Positions 62,261 to 64,000 of a stretch of DNA of 64,000 nucleotides are shown here, in pieces. Under the pieces are notes generated by a model that ran no database searches, was not told where the DNA came from, and saw nothing but the letters and a program-made list of their open reading frames with translations. This DNA comes from a virus (lineage: Duplodnaviria; Caudoviricetes), in IMG/VR virus record IMGVR_UViG_3300032030_000007, positions 128,001 through 192,000 of that record; one strand, 5' to 3'. The translations under genes and the position numbers were made by a program. Within the stretch, counting starts at the first letter, position 1. The number at the start of each line of letters is the position of its first letter.

Positions 62261-63346
62261 TTATGCTAATGCAAATACAGGTCTAACGAAACATTTAAGT
62301 AATTGTCCTTTCTTATTATATGCGAAAGGTTCTTTACCTTCTTGGATTTCAAATTCTGAAATCTTAACTTTAACAGAATCACCAGGTTTGAAATCTAACA
62401 AATCTGAAGCATCGATAGGCATAAGACCAGTGATATATTTATCATCCAATTCAATAAAGATACCTGTCTTATTATTAGAATTGATAATACCTGTTACAGT
62501 TCCATCATAAATTTCTGATTCATATGTAACATTATCATTAGACTTAGCAAGAAGCCATCTATTATAAATGTCATGAATATTATTCATACCAAGAATCTGA
62601 AGTACTTTCTTTCGAGATCCAACCAATGAATTCTCAATTAATCCTGTCTTAAAGTCACGTCTGAATTCTACGAACTTTTGTGGAATAATTACAACATCCT
62701 TGCCAATCCATTTATCAAAGTCACGTTCAATATTCAATACAATATGTGAACCTGGAATAAATACAGAATGAGTATAATTCTTACCAGTCAATTGGCAGAT
62801 AGGTGTAATATCAGTATGGCACAAATATCCACCCTTCACAAGAGAATCAATATGAACATTAATTCCCTGTTCATGCTGAATAGCTTTATTAATAGTATTA
62901 GTCCAATACTTATAATATGCAGTAATTACTGACACAATATACTTATTGTCCTTATGTTCACGGACTTCAAATAATAGTTTGTTTCCATGTGAAAGCAAGA
63001 ATGAATTGATTTCTGTTGCACAATCATTGAAATTCTCCTTTGATATAATCTCATCCTTTACACCGGGAAGTTCAAAAACAATACCATTCTTATCAAAGGA
63101 CTTAACATAACCTGAATAAATTTGTCCTAATTCAATTGTTACAACAGTATTAATGTTCTTATTTTGTTTAGTTTCTTGAGAAACTTCTTCTCCATAGAAT
63201 ATTGCAAATGATTTAGCTAAAGGCATATTACCGTAAGCTTTCTTCATGTAATTAATACGCTCTTTATCATTTTTAAAACCAGCAAATACATCACCTTCAA
63301 TATCCTTTGCAGTAAGTAAACGTTGTTTATTTTTATTAGTTGCCAT
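62261..63346 (-). CDS. ribosomal protein S1 (bS1) homologue, three S1 domains
   Basis: ELGQIYSGYV; KGGY...FIPGSHI...IGK...VGSRKKVL; YDGTVTGI...GIFIEL...TGL...GDSVKVKI. Start moved to ATG 63346. Confidence 0.8.
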   Translation of the reverse strand: MATNKNKQRLLTAKDIEGDVFAGFKNDKERINYMKKAYGNMPLAKSFAIFYGEEVSQETKQNKNINTVVTIELGQIYSGYVKSFDKNGIVFELPGVKDEIISKENFNDCATEINSFLLSHGNKLLFEVREHKDNKYIVSVITAYYKYWTNTINKAIQHEQGINVHIDSLVKGGYLCHTDITPICQLTGKNYTHSVFIPGSHIVLNIERDFDKWIGKDVVIIPQKFVEFRRDFKTGLIENSLVGSRKKVLQILGMNNIHDIYNRWLLAKSNDNVTYESEIYDGTVTGIINSNNKTGIFIELDDKYITGLMPIDASDLLDFKPGDSVKVKISEFEIQEGKEPFAYNKKGQLLKCFVRPVFALA

Positions 63347-63446
63347 TATATTTATAATTTTGTGAGTCAGTGGCATGACTCTGGTTAATACTATGATATC
63401 TTATGATATCGTTAATTATCTCGTTTATATTAAAATTTGTTAATAC

Positions 63447-63493
63447 AAAATAGTTTACAAATATCAAATAATTCAATACTTGTAAACTATTTT
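63447..63493 (-). promoter_or_regulatory. Inverted repeat containing promoter TTGAA-N18-CTATTTT
   Basis: 14-bp arms AAAATAGTTTACAA/TTGTAAACTATTTT, same design as 40633-40679. Confidence 0.7.
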
Positions 63494-63506
63494 TTTATAT
63501 TTTTTT

Positions 63507-63836
63507 TTAAATTGCTTTTACTAATGAATCTGCATCTTCAGGCTTCTTAGGATTTCCTAATTGATCTAATGCTTTCTTACAGGTGCCATCATCAAGCCAT
63601 TCATATTCGAAAAGTTTATCTTTAATCTTAACTTGACCTTTTATAATGTTTGGTACTTCCTTCATATCAATATCAACAATAATAGCCTGACGGCCATCTT
63701 TAGTCATAACAGGTTTTTCATCATTAAGCCATTGATCATCAATAGGATCACCTTTAGTTTCCATTATTGTTTGCTTAATATAAAGTTCTTCTTTAATAGC
63801 TTCTTCTTTTAATATATAATCAATAATAGATTGCAT
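63507..63836 (-). CDS. hypothetical phage protein (TKDGR domain) with CTS-like leader
   Basis: Start moved to ATG 63836 (MQSIIDYILKE) because an upstream gene ends at 63853. Confidence 0.7.
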   Translation of the reverse strand: MQSIIDYILKEEAIKEELYIKQTIMETKGDPIDDQWLNDEKPVMTKDGRQAIIVDIDMKEVPNIIKGQVKIKDKLFEYEWLDDGTCKKALDQLGNPKKPEDADSLVKAI

Positions 63837-63852
63837 GTTAGTATTTATATAT

Positions 63853-63999
63853 TTATTTTGAAACTTGTAATGATTCTTCAGATTTCTTTTGTACTTTGTC
63901 AATCTTCTCAAGCATTTTTAAAGCTTTATCAGATTTTCTTTTATCTATATTAATACTAAGACCACATATTGGGCAATACAAGCTTTTAGAAAAAAGAAT
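63853..63999 (-). CDS. C-terminal part of a zinc-ribbon protein entering from outside the window
   Basis: Open frame ILFSKSLYCPICGLSINIDK...SLQVSK*. Confidence 0.6.
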   Translation of the reverse strand: MLFSKSLYCPICGLSINIDKRKSDKALKMLEKIDKVQKKSEESLQVSK

Positions 64000-64000
64000 C

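Noticed and set aside
63837-63860. T4 late promoter TATAAATA
   Set aside because: The octamer also occurs before non-structural genes and is expected by chance at this AT content.

Overview
This window is 64 kb of a very AT-rich (roughly a quarter GC, by eye) jumbo/mega-phage genome. It has about 87 densely packed genes of 60 aa or more, mostly on the minus strand, with no integrase, CRISPR array or rRNA. Distant T4-type virion homologues (gp2 DNA end protector, gp4 head completion nuclease, tail-tube-like protein), a 1919-aa tape-measure-like protein and a collagen fibre are present. Replication, nucleotide and RNA genes include a family-B DNA polymerase, DinG-like helicase, RuvC, C5 DNA methyltransferase, dUTPase, GMP reductase/IMPDH-like enzyme, RtcB, an ATP-dependent RNA ligase and a ribosomal protein S1 homologue. 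The OmpA, BspA/DUF285 proteins, C-S-K-D lipoproteins and lack of Shine-Dalgarno sites point to a Bacteroidota host and a Lak-like phage (inference). Standout observations: (1) a separately promoted 117-nt tRNA-like RNA whose anticodon arm is replaced by a second T-loop module, lying between two RNA ligase genes; (2) about 10 otherwise unrelated proteins sharing a 10-residue MK-x-L/I...E leader like the T4 capsid-targeting sequence, suggesting a co-packaged, injected cargo set; (3) a recurrent TTGAA-N16-18-CTATWTT promoter unlike Bacteroidota promoters; (4) structured 5' leaders on the polymerase, S1 and endolysin genes; (5) near-absence of TAG stops. All protein calls rest on motif recognition by eye, with no database searches.
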